From NCBI GenBank assembly GCA_036679665.1, contig JAZHEJ010000040.1, positions 1 to 59,571 of the forward strand: 59,571 bases of DNA. The letters run 5' to 3'. Below the pieces are notes generated by a model. It was given only the letters and a program-made list of their open reading frames with translations, ran no database searches and was not told where the DNA came from. Numbering within the stretch: position 1 is the first letter of the stretch; each line of letters opens with the position of its first letter. Positions 20,686-29,859 of this stretch are shown here, piece after piece. The translations under genes were made by a program, and so were the position numbers. The DNA comes from Candidatus Tethybacter castellensis (lineage in GTDB: Bacteria > Pseudomonadota > Gammaproteobacteria > Tethybacterales > Tethybacteraceae).

Positions 20686-23127
20686 ATGGATCCAAAATAC
20701 GGTTTTAACGCTGTCGAACGCAAAATCCAGCAACGTTGGGCTAAGCAAGACTGCTTTACGGTCAACGACGACGACCCTCGTCCCAAATACTACAGTTTGT
20801 GTATGTGGCCCTACCCTTCAGGCGATCTACACGTGGGTCATCTGCGCAACTACGCGATCGGTGATGTCTGGGCACGCCACAAACGTATGCTAGGTTTCAA
20901 CGTTCTGCAACCGATGGGCTGGGATGCGTTCGGCAAAGATGCTGAACTCAAAGCCAATAAATTAGGCGTTCACCCCGCTAAGTGGGTCAAACAAAATACG
21001 GCCAATATGCGCCGCGAGCTCAAAGAGCTTGGCTTTATGATTGACTGGAACCGAGAACTCAACGCTAGCAATCTTAAATATTACCGCTGGGAACAACTAC
21101 TGTTCGTGCGCATGTGGGAACAAAATCTTGTCTATTACGAACCCACTAAAGTACTATGGGACAAAGCCACCAAAACCGTAACCTCGCGTCGCGATATAGA
21201 CGACGGCAAAGTGGCCAAAGAAGACATTGAGATCAAGGTTATGCCTGCCTATCTGATGCGCCTTCGCGAGTACGCCAATCAATTGCTTGACGGTCTGACG
21301 CAGGTTAACTGGCCGGAAAAAATTATCAAAGACCAGCAGTACCTGATCGGGCGGTCGGAGGGAATGACGTTGCATTTTGCGCTAGTCGGCAATGCGCCGG
21401 TCGATGCGCTTGAGGTATATACCACTCGTCCAGATACCATCTGCGGCGTCACCTACATGGCGGTGGCCGCAAGCCATCCTTTGGCACAAGCGGCAGCCTC
21501 TGACAATCCGAAACTGGCAAAATTCTGTACGCAGTGCGAACAAACCTTGCCCATGGACGCCGGCAATCCTCACACCGAAAAACAAGGCATGCCTTTGGAC
21601 TTTACAGTTGTCAATCCGGTTTCTGGCAAACATGTCCCGGTATGGGTTGCCGATTACGTGGTCGATGACTACGGAAGCGGCGCGCTAATGGGCGTGCCTG
21701 CTCATGATGAACGCGATTTTAAATTTGCCACCCGGTATCAGATTCCGATCATCCGTGTCATCAACTTGGATCAACAAGATCCTCATCGGCCAATTACTCA
21801 AGCCGAAACATCCTCCGGAATTGCCGTCAACAGCGGCGAACTGGACGGCCTTGATCTTAAAGGCTGCGTAAGCAAACTGGAAGAAATGCTCGGTCCTGAC
21901 AAAGCGCGCCGCGATTATGGACTAAGCTTACGCGACTGGCCGATTAACCGCCACATGTACTGGGGAACCCCGATCCCCATCGTTATCTGTTCCGACTGCG
22001 GACGTGTTCCCGTCCCGGAACATCAGTTGCCGGTATCACTACCCAACGATTTTAAACACGGTCCGCAGGCATTGGCCGACCACCCTGATTTTGCTTTTTG
22101 TCCATGCCCGCGATGCGGTGCCAAGGCACGCCGGGAAACCGACACCATGGACACTTTTGTGAATTCCGCGTGGTACTTCGCGCGCTTTACCTGTCCTGAT
22201 AATTCCACGCAAATGATTGATAACCGAGCCAAGCGGTGGCTTCCTTGCGATCATTATTTCGGTGGTGACGAACACGCCCAAGGCCATCTGGTTTACGCGC
22301 GTTTTATACACAAAGTGTTGCGCGATCTCGGCCTGTATCCAAAAGGGTGCGGGGACGAACCTTTCCAAGCCTTGCTGTGCCAGGGCATGGTACTAGGTGC
22401 CGATGGTAAAAAAATGTCCAAATCACAAGATAACACTATCATGGCCAAGCATATTCTTGATTGCTACGGCGCGGACACCGCACGGTTGTACATAATTGGC
22501 ATGGGTAATCCGAAAGATGCCTACCCGTGGAACGAAGAGCATGTCAAAGACCATGCCATGTTTTTACAAAACTTGTGGCAATTGGCCCTAAAACGCCGCG
22601 ATCAGATTGCCGCGGGCAAAGAGCAAAAACTTGCCCCGGAACTCCAACTCAACCTTAACAAAATCCTCAATAACATTGATCGCAACTTGCGCGATCAACA
22701 CCTGAATAATTTGGTCTTCGGAGGCATTCACAGCATCCGCAACCTTATCCGGGACAACGCCGACAGCGCCGCAATGCAATATCAAGGTTTCATGCACTTG
22801 CTCAAAGTGATGAATCTAATCTGCCCTCATATCGCCGAAGAGCTATGGCAACAGCTTGGCTTTGAAGGTCTGGTTATCGACTCCGCTTGGTGGCCCGCTT
22901 TGACCGATGCAGATCTACACAGTGCCACAACCGTATTTGTAGTGCAGGTAAATGGCAAACGACGAGACCAATTTGAAGCCCCGTTTGACACCGACGCCAC
23001 CGAATTACTCGAATTAGCACAACAGCGTCCTAACATCGCCCGCTATATTTCAGGCAAGCAAATTGCCAAAAGCAAGGTGATCCGACAAGGCAACAGTCAT
23101 GGTCTCATTTTTTTCGCCCTAAGATAG
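20686..23127 (+). CDS. leuS: Leucyl-tRNA synthetase, copy A (catalytic motifs intact, divergent)
   Basis: PYPSGDLHVGH (HIGH 20830-20841), MGWDAFG, CP1 TTRPDT and AHDERD, DTMDTF..SAWY, KMSKS (22411-22425), C-terminal QVNGK. Confidence 0.92.
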   Translation: MDPKYGFNAVERKIQQRWAKQDCFTVNDDDPRPKYYSLCMWPYPSGDLHVGHLRNYAIGDVWARHKRMLGFNVLQPMGWDAFGKDAELKANKLGVHPAKWVKQNTANMRRELKELGFMIDWNRELNASNLKYYRWEQLLFVRMWEQNLVYYEPTKVLWDKATKTVTSRRDIDDGKVAKEDIEIKVMPAYLMRLREYANQLLDGLTQVNWPEKIIKDQQYLIGRSEGMTLHFALVGNAPVDALEVYTTRPDTICGVTYMAVAASHPLAQAAASDNPKLAKFCTQCEQTLPMDAGNPHTEKQGMPLDFTVVNPVSGKHVPVWVADYVVDDYGSGALMGVPAHDERDFKFATRYQIPIIRVINLDQQDPHRPITQAETSSGIAVNSGELDGLDLKGCVSKLEEMLGPDKARRDYGLSLRDWPINRHMYWGTPIPIVICSDCGRVPVPEHQLPVSLPNDFKHGPQALADHPDFAFCPCPRCGAKARRETDTMDTFVNSAWYFARFTCPDNSTQMIDNRAKRWLPCDHYFGGDEHAQGHLVYARFIHKVLRDLGLYPKGCGDEPFQALLCQGMVLGADGKKMSKSQDNTIMAKHILDCYGADTARLYIIGMGNPKDAYPWNEEHVKDHAMFLQNLWQLALKRRDQIAAGKEQKLAPELQLNLNKILNNIDRNLRDQHLNNLVFGGIHSIRNLIRDNADSAAMQYQGFMHLLKVMNLICPHIAEELWQQLGFEGLVIDSAWWPALTDADLHSATTVFVVQVNGKRRDQFEAPFDTDATELLELAQQRPNIARYISGKQIAKSKVIRQGNSHGLIFFALR

Positions 23128-23220
23128 CCTGACTTTTATTATGTTTTTGCTCACGACTTGCCGAACCATGTCACAGCGGCACACAAACTCGACATATCAG
23201 CTAGCGCCACGCTTCGTCAC

Positions 23221-26200
23221 ATGAGCATCGACACCGGTTATGACCATGCCCGCATTAAGCGCCAGGCGCAATCGCGCTGGGCGGCAAAAAACAAATCACA
23301 CATAGCCAAAGCTGATGGCTCCGGTGAATTTTGCTGTCAAGCCATGTTCGCAGATCTGGCCGGCAAATTTCATCTAGGGCACTGTCGTCGCTATGTATTG
23401 AACGATATCATGACCCGCTTTCAACTTATGCAAGGCCGCAACACCAAGCAAGTTGTTGGTTTCGAAACCTATGGATTACAGGTTCATCTTGCTGCGCGTG
23501 ACGCAAATCTTGATCCGGAAAAATGGGCTGTGGAAACGACGGCGCATGCCGTTACCACACTGAAAGAATTGGGAATTTTGACTGATTGGAACAAGATAGT
23601 TGTTACCAATTCCGCCCAACAATGTCACATGCAACAACAATTGTTTCTTCACCTGTGGAACGCTGAGAACTCACCGATTTTGCGCAAAAAACAGCCGGGA
23701 ATTGCTTACTGGGATCCGGGAACTCGCATGTATTTATCGTTGCGGCAGTTAGTCAACGGCCGCGGCCCAGAATCCGGCATGCTGACCGAAATTCGTAATA
23801 TTTCAAATTACGCTCTTTCAATAAGTCATCAACTTGCCGACGATTTGTTACAAAATTTGGAGACCCTACCGCGCTGGGACCGCCGGGTTAAAAACATGCA
23901 GCGCGAGAGCATCGGCCGCGAAAACGGACTGACCATCTCTTTTGATTTGCTTGATCGCAACGGCAAGCCCCTACCCGCGGTTCAGGTGTTTACCTCGCAT
24001 CCGGATACGATTATGGGCACGACGTTTTTGGCCGTGGCCACCACTCATCCGCTTGCCCGTAAAGTTGCCCGGGACGATCCGCAAATAGCGACATTCTGCG
24101 AAGCCGTAAACCATCCCAACTACGCGATTGAAAAACTTGCCGAAGATAAACGACAAGAAGGCATGCCTTTGGGAATTTACGCGATTAACCCGGTTACCGG
24201 AGATCATGTGCCGGTATGGGTCGCCAACTATGTGATCGCAGATTACGGAACTAGCGCGGTGCTAGGCATCCCCGCTCACGATCAGCGCAATTACAACTTT
24301 GCGCAACGGCACAATTTGCCGATGCGTAAAGTCGCGAGAACTTCCGATCAGGACATAGCTGCTCCGCTTACCAAACCTTTAGTGGATAAATTCGCCCTTG
24401 TCTGCAACAGCGGTTCGCTGGAACAACCGCTCAATCGGCTCAAAAAAGCTTTGCAAAATGAACTGCAATCACGTCAGCCTCAAGACGGCAGCAATCCCGA
24501 CACGCTGATCCGGCAAAGATATTTTGACCAACAGATTAATCTTTGCATCCATGACCTGCTGACCAAACGCGACATCAAAGTCAGCCCGACGGCGGTATCA
24601 AGGCTGCGAAGCTGGCCGATAAGTCAACCTGATTACTGGGGATGTCCGGTCCCGCTGGTTCATTGTTCGCAATGCGGCACAGTTCCGGTTCCAGGCGAGC
24701 AGTTGCCGCTGACGTTGCCGCAATACCGGGATAATCAAGACAGCCTGGATTGCTATCCGGATTTTATCGCTTGCGTTTGTCCACAATGCGGTGCGGACGC
24801 TCAACGGGAAACTGATACGCTTGATCCGTCATTTAGTCTTTCGTGGATGTCGCAATCTAAAAACATGACTAACGCCAAGTTGCCGGACGCATCGTTGGAT
24901 TATTACTGTTGCGGTGCGGAACAAGCCACCAGCCATCTGCTTTGCGCCCGAATTTTGCAACACCTGTTAGCCCGATCTGGCGTTGAACAAAATGAAACCT
25001 TCGACGAACCGTTCACCGAGGTGTTCAGTCCGGGAATGGTGATGAACTATGGCCTGCCGATGACCAAGTCATATGCCAATGCCATTGATCCAACCCAGTT
25101 GCTGGATAACTACGGGGCGGATATGCTCAGGCTTTATCTGTCTGCAATCGAAAATCCTCGCAACAACCTTCACTGGGATTCAGACAAACTTATCAGTTTG
25201 CAAGGAATCATCATTTCCTCCGAGCTCGTCAAGCTGCGTTGCGGGACCTTAACCGGCCTTCAACTTGATTTGGTGCATAATTTGCTCTCTAAAAGTGAAA
25301 TTAATCGTTTACAAAAAGGGCTGATCAATCGTTCTGAATTCAAACAACTAAAAACCGGTAAACTTGAAGCGAGCAAATACGCCCAAGTCAAAGAACTGAT
25401 TGGCGAAGGAGCGATCATTCGTTTGCAATCAGGCCTGCTCAACGAAGCCCAGGCGCGTCAGCTACGCAATGGCGAACTGGAAAATGCCAAGTTGCGCGAG
25501 GTACTGACAATAATTGATGAATTTCAGCTTAACCATTTGCGCAACGGACTACTAGATAAAAATGAATTTCGGCTGTTGCAGATCGGCAAGCTTGCCGGTA
25601 AAAAACTATCCGCTGTCCAAAAGCTTGTCCCGGCCAAGGTACTGTCCGAATTACAGACAAATTCGATTGATCCTGACGAACCTGGCGCGGTAAGTACGCT
25701 ACAAGAGCGGTTGTTGGACAACTTTGAACGCGAAGCCTGGCTTGAATACACAACTGAAGTTGAAATGTTGCGCAAAGTCCGCACGATACTTACCGAGGAT
25801 GAGATCAGTTGTATGCAAAAAGGCCTGCTCAATCAACAAGAATTCGCTGCTTTGCGCGCCAAGAAATTACCCGAAGAAAAAATGGCTCGGGTGCGCGCGA
25901 TACTCAATGATAACGAAATTCTGCGCTTACAAGAAGGACTGTTGTCGCGCGAAGAAATCTTTCAGCTCAAAGCTGGCAAGCTAGCTGCAAAGCGCCTGCA
26001 TGCAGTGCTGGAAATTATTGACGAAAAACAAATTAAACAACTGCAAAACGGGGTATTGCAACCATCTGAACACGAACAACTACGCAAAATTTTAGGCAGT
26101 AGCCGCAAAATGGCTCAATTACGCGCAGGTACTTTAGGTGAAGACAAGCTTCGCCAAATTCGCGAGCAATTTACCGCTAATCAGCTTGAGCGCTATCAGC

Positions 26201-27147
26201 AAGCTTGCCTCAGTGCCGACACCATGGCGAGACTCGCGAACTTTATCAGCACCGCGCAAATGAACCGATTGGTAAATTTCGTTTCTGACGTCAAGCAGAA
26301 GCAATTGAAAAAAGTTCTCTCCGTAAAACAACTGAAGTTATTGCGGCAACGCAAATTAGGCAAGCAGTTGCGATTTCCTTTGTTAAAATTTATTGATCAG
26401 CGCCTAGAAAATAAACTGTTCAATTTTCTTACCAAACAAGCTCAAGAGCGACTGTTTGACTATTTGCCCTATGAACGCATGGAGCAGTTGCTTGGATTTA
26501 GCGAATACCTATGGCAGCTTGTTACTTCACGGCAGAAGATGATTATCCAAGGATCCAAATCGCGCAGTGGCACCCAAAGTGCGCGGCGTTGTCAGCTTCA
26601 CAAAACCCTAAAAGCGATTAACGCCTGTTACACCCCCGAATCACATAACGCCGACAAATCTGAAGCGGGAGGGATGGAACTGAACAAAATGGTCACGCGT
26701 TGCAAAGATATTATCGTGCTGCTAGATGAAGCGTGCGACCCTGACGAAGCCGATGATTGCGCCTTTGCTTCCGAAGCGGTCACCATCTTGTTGCAGGTCC
26801 TACATCCGATCATGCCCCATATAACCGAAGAATTGTGGGCGATGTTACAAATGCCGCAGTTGCTAGTTGAAACACCTTGGCCGCAACCAGATCAGGCGGC
26901 ATTGGAATTTTTTACCGATGTTACATGCATCATCCAAGAAAATGGCCGCAAGCGCCATGCGTTTAGCTTATCTGCCAGCGCAGACCCCGCTACCACCATT
27001 GAGCTCGCCAGCGCCGAACTGAACGAATTAGCGATTCGCCAAGGCCATTGTGGTTTTCCGAGTTTAGGCAAGCAGGTAGTACGTATTGAGCATGCCAAAA
27101 AACAAGATCAGATTGTTATCAACTTCGTGCTATACCTTCATAATTAA
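23221..27147 (+). CDS. Leucyl-tRNA synthetase paralog, copy B (degenerate active and editing sites, ~430-aa repeat insertion)
   Basis: LeuRS collinearity: HLGH 23371-23382, WDP...GRG, TSHPDT, PVWVANYV, AHDQRN, CxxC knuckles, PMTKS 25057-25071, LHPIMPHITEELW, QENGR. Start probably ATG 23221 (ORF is open from TTG 23158). Confidence 0.88.
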   Translation: MSIDTGYDHARIKRQAQSRWAAKNKSHIAKADGSGEFCCQAMFADLAGKFHLGHCRRYVLNDIMTRFQLMQGRNTKQVVGFETYGLQVHLAARDANLDPEKWAVETTAHAVTTLKELGILTDWNKIVVTNSAQQCHMQQQLFLHLWNAENSPILRKKQPGIAYWDPGTRMYLSLRQLVNGRGPESGMLTEIRNISNYALSISHQLADDLLQNLETLPRWDRRVKNMQRESIGRENGLTISFDLLDRNGKPLPAVQVFTSHPDTIMGTTFLAVATTHPLARKVARDDPQIATFCEAVNHPNYAIEKLAEDKRQEGMPLGIYAINPVTGDHVPVWVANYVIADYGTSAVLGIPAHDQRNYNFAQRHNLPMRKVARTSDQDIAAPLTKPLVDKFALVCNSGSLEQPLNRLKKALQNELQSRQPQDGSNPDTLIRQRYFDQQINLCIHDLLTKRDIKVSPTAVSRLRSWPISQPDYWGCPVPLVHCSQCGTVPVPGEQLPLTLPQYRDNQDSLDCYPDFIACVCPQCGADAQRETDTLDPSFSLSWMSQSKNMTNAKLPDASLDYYCCGAEQATSHLLCARILQHLLARSGVEQNETFDEPFTEVFSPGMVMNYGLPMTKSYANAIDPTQLLDNYGADMLRLYLSAIENPRNNLHWDSDKLISLQGIIISSELVKLRCGTLTGLQLDLVHNLLSKSEINRLQKGLINRSEFKQLKTGKLEASKYAQVKELIGEGAIIRLQSGLLNEAQARQLRNGELENAKLREVLTIIDEFQLNHLRNGLLDKNEFRLLQIGKLAGKKLSAVQKLVPAKVLSELQTNSIDPDEPGAVSTLQERLLDNFEREAWLEYTTEVEMLRKVRTILTEDEISCMQKGLLNQQEFAALRAKKLPEEKMARVRAILNDNEILRLQEGLLSREEIFQLKAGKLAAKRLHAVLEIIDEKQIKQLQNGVLQPSEHEQLRKILGSSRKMAQLRAGTLGEDKLRQIREQFTANQLERYQQACLSADTMARLANFISTAQMNRLVNFVSDVKQKQLKKVLSVKQLKLLRQRKLGKQLRFPLLKFIDQRLENKLFNFLTKQAQERLFDYLPYERMEQLLGFSEYLWQLVTSRQKMIIQGSKSRSGTQSARRCQLHKTLKAINACYTPESHNADKSEAGGMELNKMVTRCKDIIVLLDEACDPDEADDCAFASEAVTILLQVLHPIMPHITEELWAMLQMPQLLVETPWPQPDQAALEFFTDVTCIIQENGRKRHAFSLSASADPATTIELASAELNELAIRQGHCGFPSLGKQVVRIEHAKKQDQIVINFVLYLHN
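25282..26100 (+). repeat. Protein-level tandem repeat, 38-aa (114-nt) period, inside leuS copy B
   Basis: Units begin at 25282, 25396, 25510, 25786, 25900 and 26014 (last one partial), plus a degenerate unit at 25624. Consensus (I/L)(I/L)xxxEIxxLQxGLLxxxEFxxLxxGKLxxxKLxxVxx. Confidence 0.9.
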
Positions 27148-27149
27148 GC

Positions 27150-27602
27150 ATGAATTTTTTATCGTTGATGACGGTGGCGGTACTTATCACCGGTTGTGTC
27201 TTGAGCGCCACTGGTGACAACTCATTGCCACTGAAATCAATTACGGTTTCCGCATCCGACTCTGAGTTGAACGATGAATTTGAACACCAACTTGCTAATC
27301 TTGCCTTAACCGGCAATCGCCTGATCTCGCTTACCCTTCGCGAAAGCACTTCCAACTCGATCACGGCGCGCGCCGCGGACGGATCTGGATCCAAGCGCCG
27401 CCTTAGCTACGCATTACACTATCGGATTGAAACTACGGATCAACCAGAATTTAACGGAGTAATCAGGAAAAAACAGTCGTTAGACCACAGCGAAAATACT
27501 CATTTAGCAAACCGACTTGCTTTTGAGAGATTTTTCTTCGCTGCTCGCACTGAGAGCATTGATAAACTAATCAACACGCTCAAGATTCGGAACTGGCAAT
27601 GA
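27150..27602 (+). CDS. lptE: LPS-assembly lipoprotein (divergent)
   Basis: Lipobox-like LITGC; located between leuS and holA. Confidence 0.75.
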   Translation: MNFLSLMTVAVLITGCVLSATGDNSLPLKSITVSASDSELNDEFEHQLANLALTGNRLISLTLRESTSNSITARAADGSGSKRRLSYALHYRIETTDQPEFNGVIRKKQSLDHSENTHLANRLAFERFFFAARTESIDKLINTLKIRNWQ

Positions 27603-28624
27603 AAATCAGCAGCGCAGCGCTTGCTGCAAACTTGCAAAATCCACGTCCACCCTATCTGCTGCTCAATAATGAGCCAGTTCTACTAACTGAGGACCGGGAC
27701 AGTGTTCGCAAGGCATTAGCCTGCGACGAGCGTAAATTGTTTGTGTTGGATCAAGACTTTGATATGGAAGACGCTAAGCTGGAAGCATCGGCGGGTAATT
27801 TATTCGGCGGCTCCACTTTACTGGAGTTTATTTTAGTGGACGCGCTCAACGCGGACACCGCCAAACAACTTACCGCAATTGCCAAACTCGCGCAGGCTAA
27901 CCAGCGACCGGTTATCATCGCGAGCCCCAATATCGTACGCAAGGCGGCTTGGGTCAATCAACTAGAAGATTTTTTTACCGTGGTAACGCAAGTATTCGTA
28001 AAGCGACACAATATGTGTGGCTGGGTCAAGGCGCGAGGCAGAAGTTTTGGTCTAGATATAGATGATGAAGCTGCGCAGTACATTGCGGATATGACTGAAG
28101 GCAATTTGAGTTCCGCAGCTCAAGAAATTTCTAAACTCAAATTGTTACACGTTGGAAGCGAGCAGGTTAGCAGACAATTGGTACAGGAATTACTGGTGGA
28201 TCAAAGTCGCGATGATCTTTTTTCATTGCGTGAATCTTTGGCTGCGGGCAGCAGTGTTCGCTCTTTACGCGCGATTCGCAACCTCAAAGCGGCTAAGGTT
28301 CCCCCTACCTTGCTGGTTTGGGCACTGGCCGAAGAAACCCGTAGTTTGTTAAGATTGATTGACAGACACAGCAAGCCGCGTGGCGTATATGGTAAGCATC
28401 TTACTGATTTGGCCAACATCGCCAAACGGGTCCCCCGCACCGAGGTTAAATATTTGCTCGCGGTAATCGCCCGAGCTGACTGGGTTGCCAAGGGTATGAT
28501 CGTCGCGGATCCGTGGCAGGACTTTGAAAGAATCGCTATCGCTTTTACCCAACTGGTCAGTAACAATCGGTATAAATTTTTACTTCTTCAAAATGAATTT
28601 AAACCCCAAGTCAAAGCAAACTGA
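27599..28624 (+). CDS. holA: DNA polymerase III delta subunit
   Basis: YLL...EP.L, SAGNLFGG, EGNLSSAAQEISKL, D.VAKG; leuS-lptE-holA synteny. Confidence 0.88.
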   Translation: MKISSAALAANLQNPRPPYLLLNNEPVLLTEDRDSVRKALACDERKLFVLDQDFDMEDAKLEASAGNLFGGSTLLEFILVDALNADTAKQLTAIAKLAQANQRPVIIASPNIVRKAAWVNQLEDFFTVVTQVFVKRHNMCGWVKARGRSFGLDIDDEAAQYIADMTEGNLSSAAQEISKLKLLHVGSEQVSRQLVQELLVDQSRDDLFSLRESLAAGSSVRSLRAIRNLKAAKVPPTLLVWALAEETRSLLRLIDRHSKPRGVYGKHLTDLANIAKRVPRTEVKYLLAVIARADWVAKGMIVADPWQDFERIAIAFTQLVSNNRYKFLLLQNEFKPQVKAN

Positions 28625-29852
28625 CCTAATCGGCGACGCGCTTAGCGCAATGCCTGCGCTGGCGGCCTCCGATATCGAAGTTCGCAATAATATATTAAAG
28701 CGATTCGCAAATCTTTTATTGCGTGATCGCGAAAAGCTACTCGAAATCAATGCCGCGGAAGTGGCACGCGGCGTGGCCGCCGGTCTTAGCGAATCGGTAT
28801 GCGACCGTCTTAGCCTCGCCGGCGGTAACTTCGCCTCGATGGTTGATTCAATTCACTCTGTTGTCGCGCTACCTGACCCCCTTGGCTCAGGTCCTGAACA
28901 CAAGCAACCAAACGGTATTTGGGTAAGCCGGATGCGTGTACCGTTAGGACTGGTATGTTTTATCTACGAGTCGCGTCCGAATGTCACCGCTGACGGCGCG
29001 GCACTTTGTATTAAATCAGGCAATGGAGTCATATTGCGCGGTGGTAAAGAAGCTCTCGACAGTAACCTTGCGATCGGCCGCCTCGCCCAGCAAGCGCTCA
29101 CTGACGAAAATTTACCTCCTTCGATTGTGCAGGTAATAAGCGATCCAGATCGTAATGAAATTTCGCGCCTGCTCACTGACGAGCGCTTCGATATGGTCAT
29201 ACCGCGTGGCGGAAAAGGATTGGTCGAGCACGTGCAAAAGATCGCCACGGCACCGGTATTGGCTCATTTGTACGGCAACTGTCACCTATATGTCCATAGC
29301 AGTGCCGATCTGCAACAAGCCGCACCAATCATCGTCAACGCTAAAACGCAAAGGCCCGGCACCTGCAACGCGTTGGAGTCGCTACTTGTAGACGAAGCGG
29401 TGGCAGCAAAGTTGCTCGCTCGAATTGCCCCCCTGCTTTTTGCTGCGCAAGTGCAAATCGTTGGCTGCCCGGCAACGTGCGCAATCCTTGGCGATAACTG
29501 TACACAGGCTCAAAACAGCGATTGGGATGAAGAATATTTGACTTTAAAAATTTCCATTAAAATTGTCGCCGGTTTAAATGATGCGGTAAAGTGGATTAAC
29601 CAACACGGTTCAAAACATACAGACGGCATACTGAGCACCGACCGCGACGCCATCGAACACTTCATACAATTTGTGGATTCGAGTTCGGTGATGGTCAACA
29701 CTTCCACACGATTTGCAGACGGGTACATGTACGGACTAGGAGCTGAGACCGGCGTGTCTACCGGCAAGTTTCATGCGCGAGGCCCGGTGGGACTTGAAGG
29801 ACTGACCACTTACAAATGGATTGTCCGTAGCGACGGCGCAACTCGCAACTGA
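28593..29852 (+). CDS. proA: Gamma-glutamyl phosphate reductase
   Basis: VPLGLV..IYESRPNVT, LRGGKEA, IPRGG, PGTCNALE, NTSTRFADG, GKFHARGPVGL. Start about ATG 28593. Confidence 0.96.
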   Translation: MNLNPKSKQTDLIGDALSAMPALAASDIEVRNNILKRFANLLLRDREKLLEINAAEVARGVAAGLSESVCDRLSLAGGNFASMVDSIHSVVALPDPLGSGPEHKQPNGIWVSRMRVPLGLVCFIYESRPNVTADGAALCIKSGNGVILRGGKEALDSNLAIGRLAQQALTDENLPPSIVQVISDPDRNEISRLLTDERFDMVIPRGGKGLVEHVQKIATAPVLAHLYGNCHLYVHSSADLQQAAPIIVNAKTQRPGTCNALESLLVDEAVAAKLLARIAPLLFAAQVQIVGCPATCAILGDNCTQAQNSDWDEEYLTLKISIKIVAGLNDAVKWINQHGSKHTDGILSTDRDAIEHFIQFVDSSSVMVNTSTRFADGYMYGLGAETGVSTGKFHARGPVGLEGLTTYKWIVRSDGATRN

Positions 29853-29859
29853 CAACTGT

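Noticed and set aside
25180-26480. Insertion in leuS copy B as an intein or mobile element
   Set aside because: No Cys/Ser N-terminal and His-Asn C-terminal splice motifs, LAGLIDADG blocks, transposase motifs or terminal repeats are visible.
20686-27147. Interpretation as one split (alpha/beta) or frameshifted leuS, or as an assembly duplication
   Set aside because: Each ORF independently spans HIGH to C-terminal domain, and the two are highly diverged in DNA and protein.
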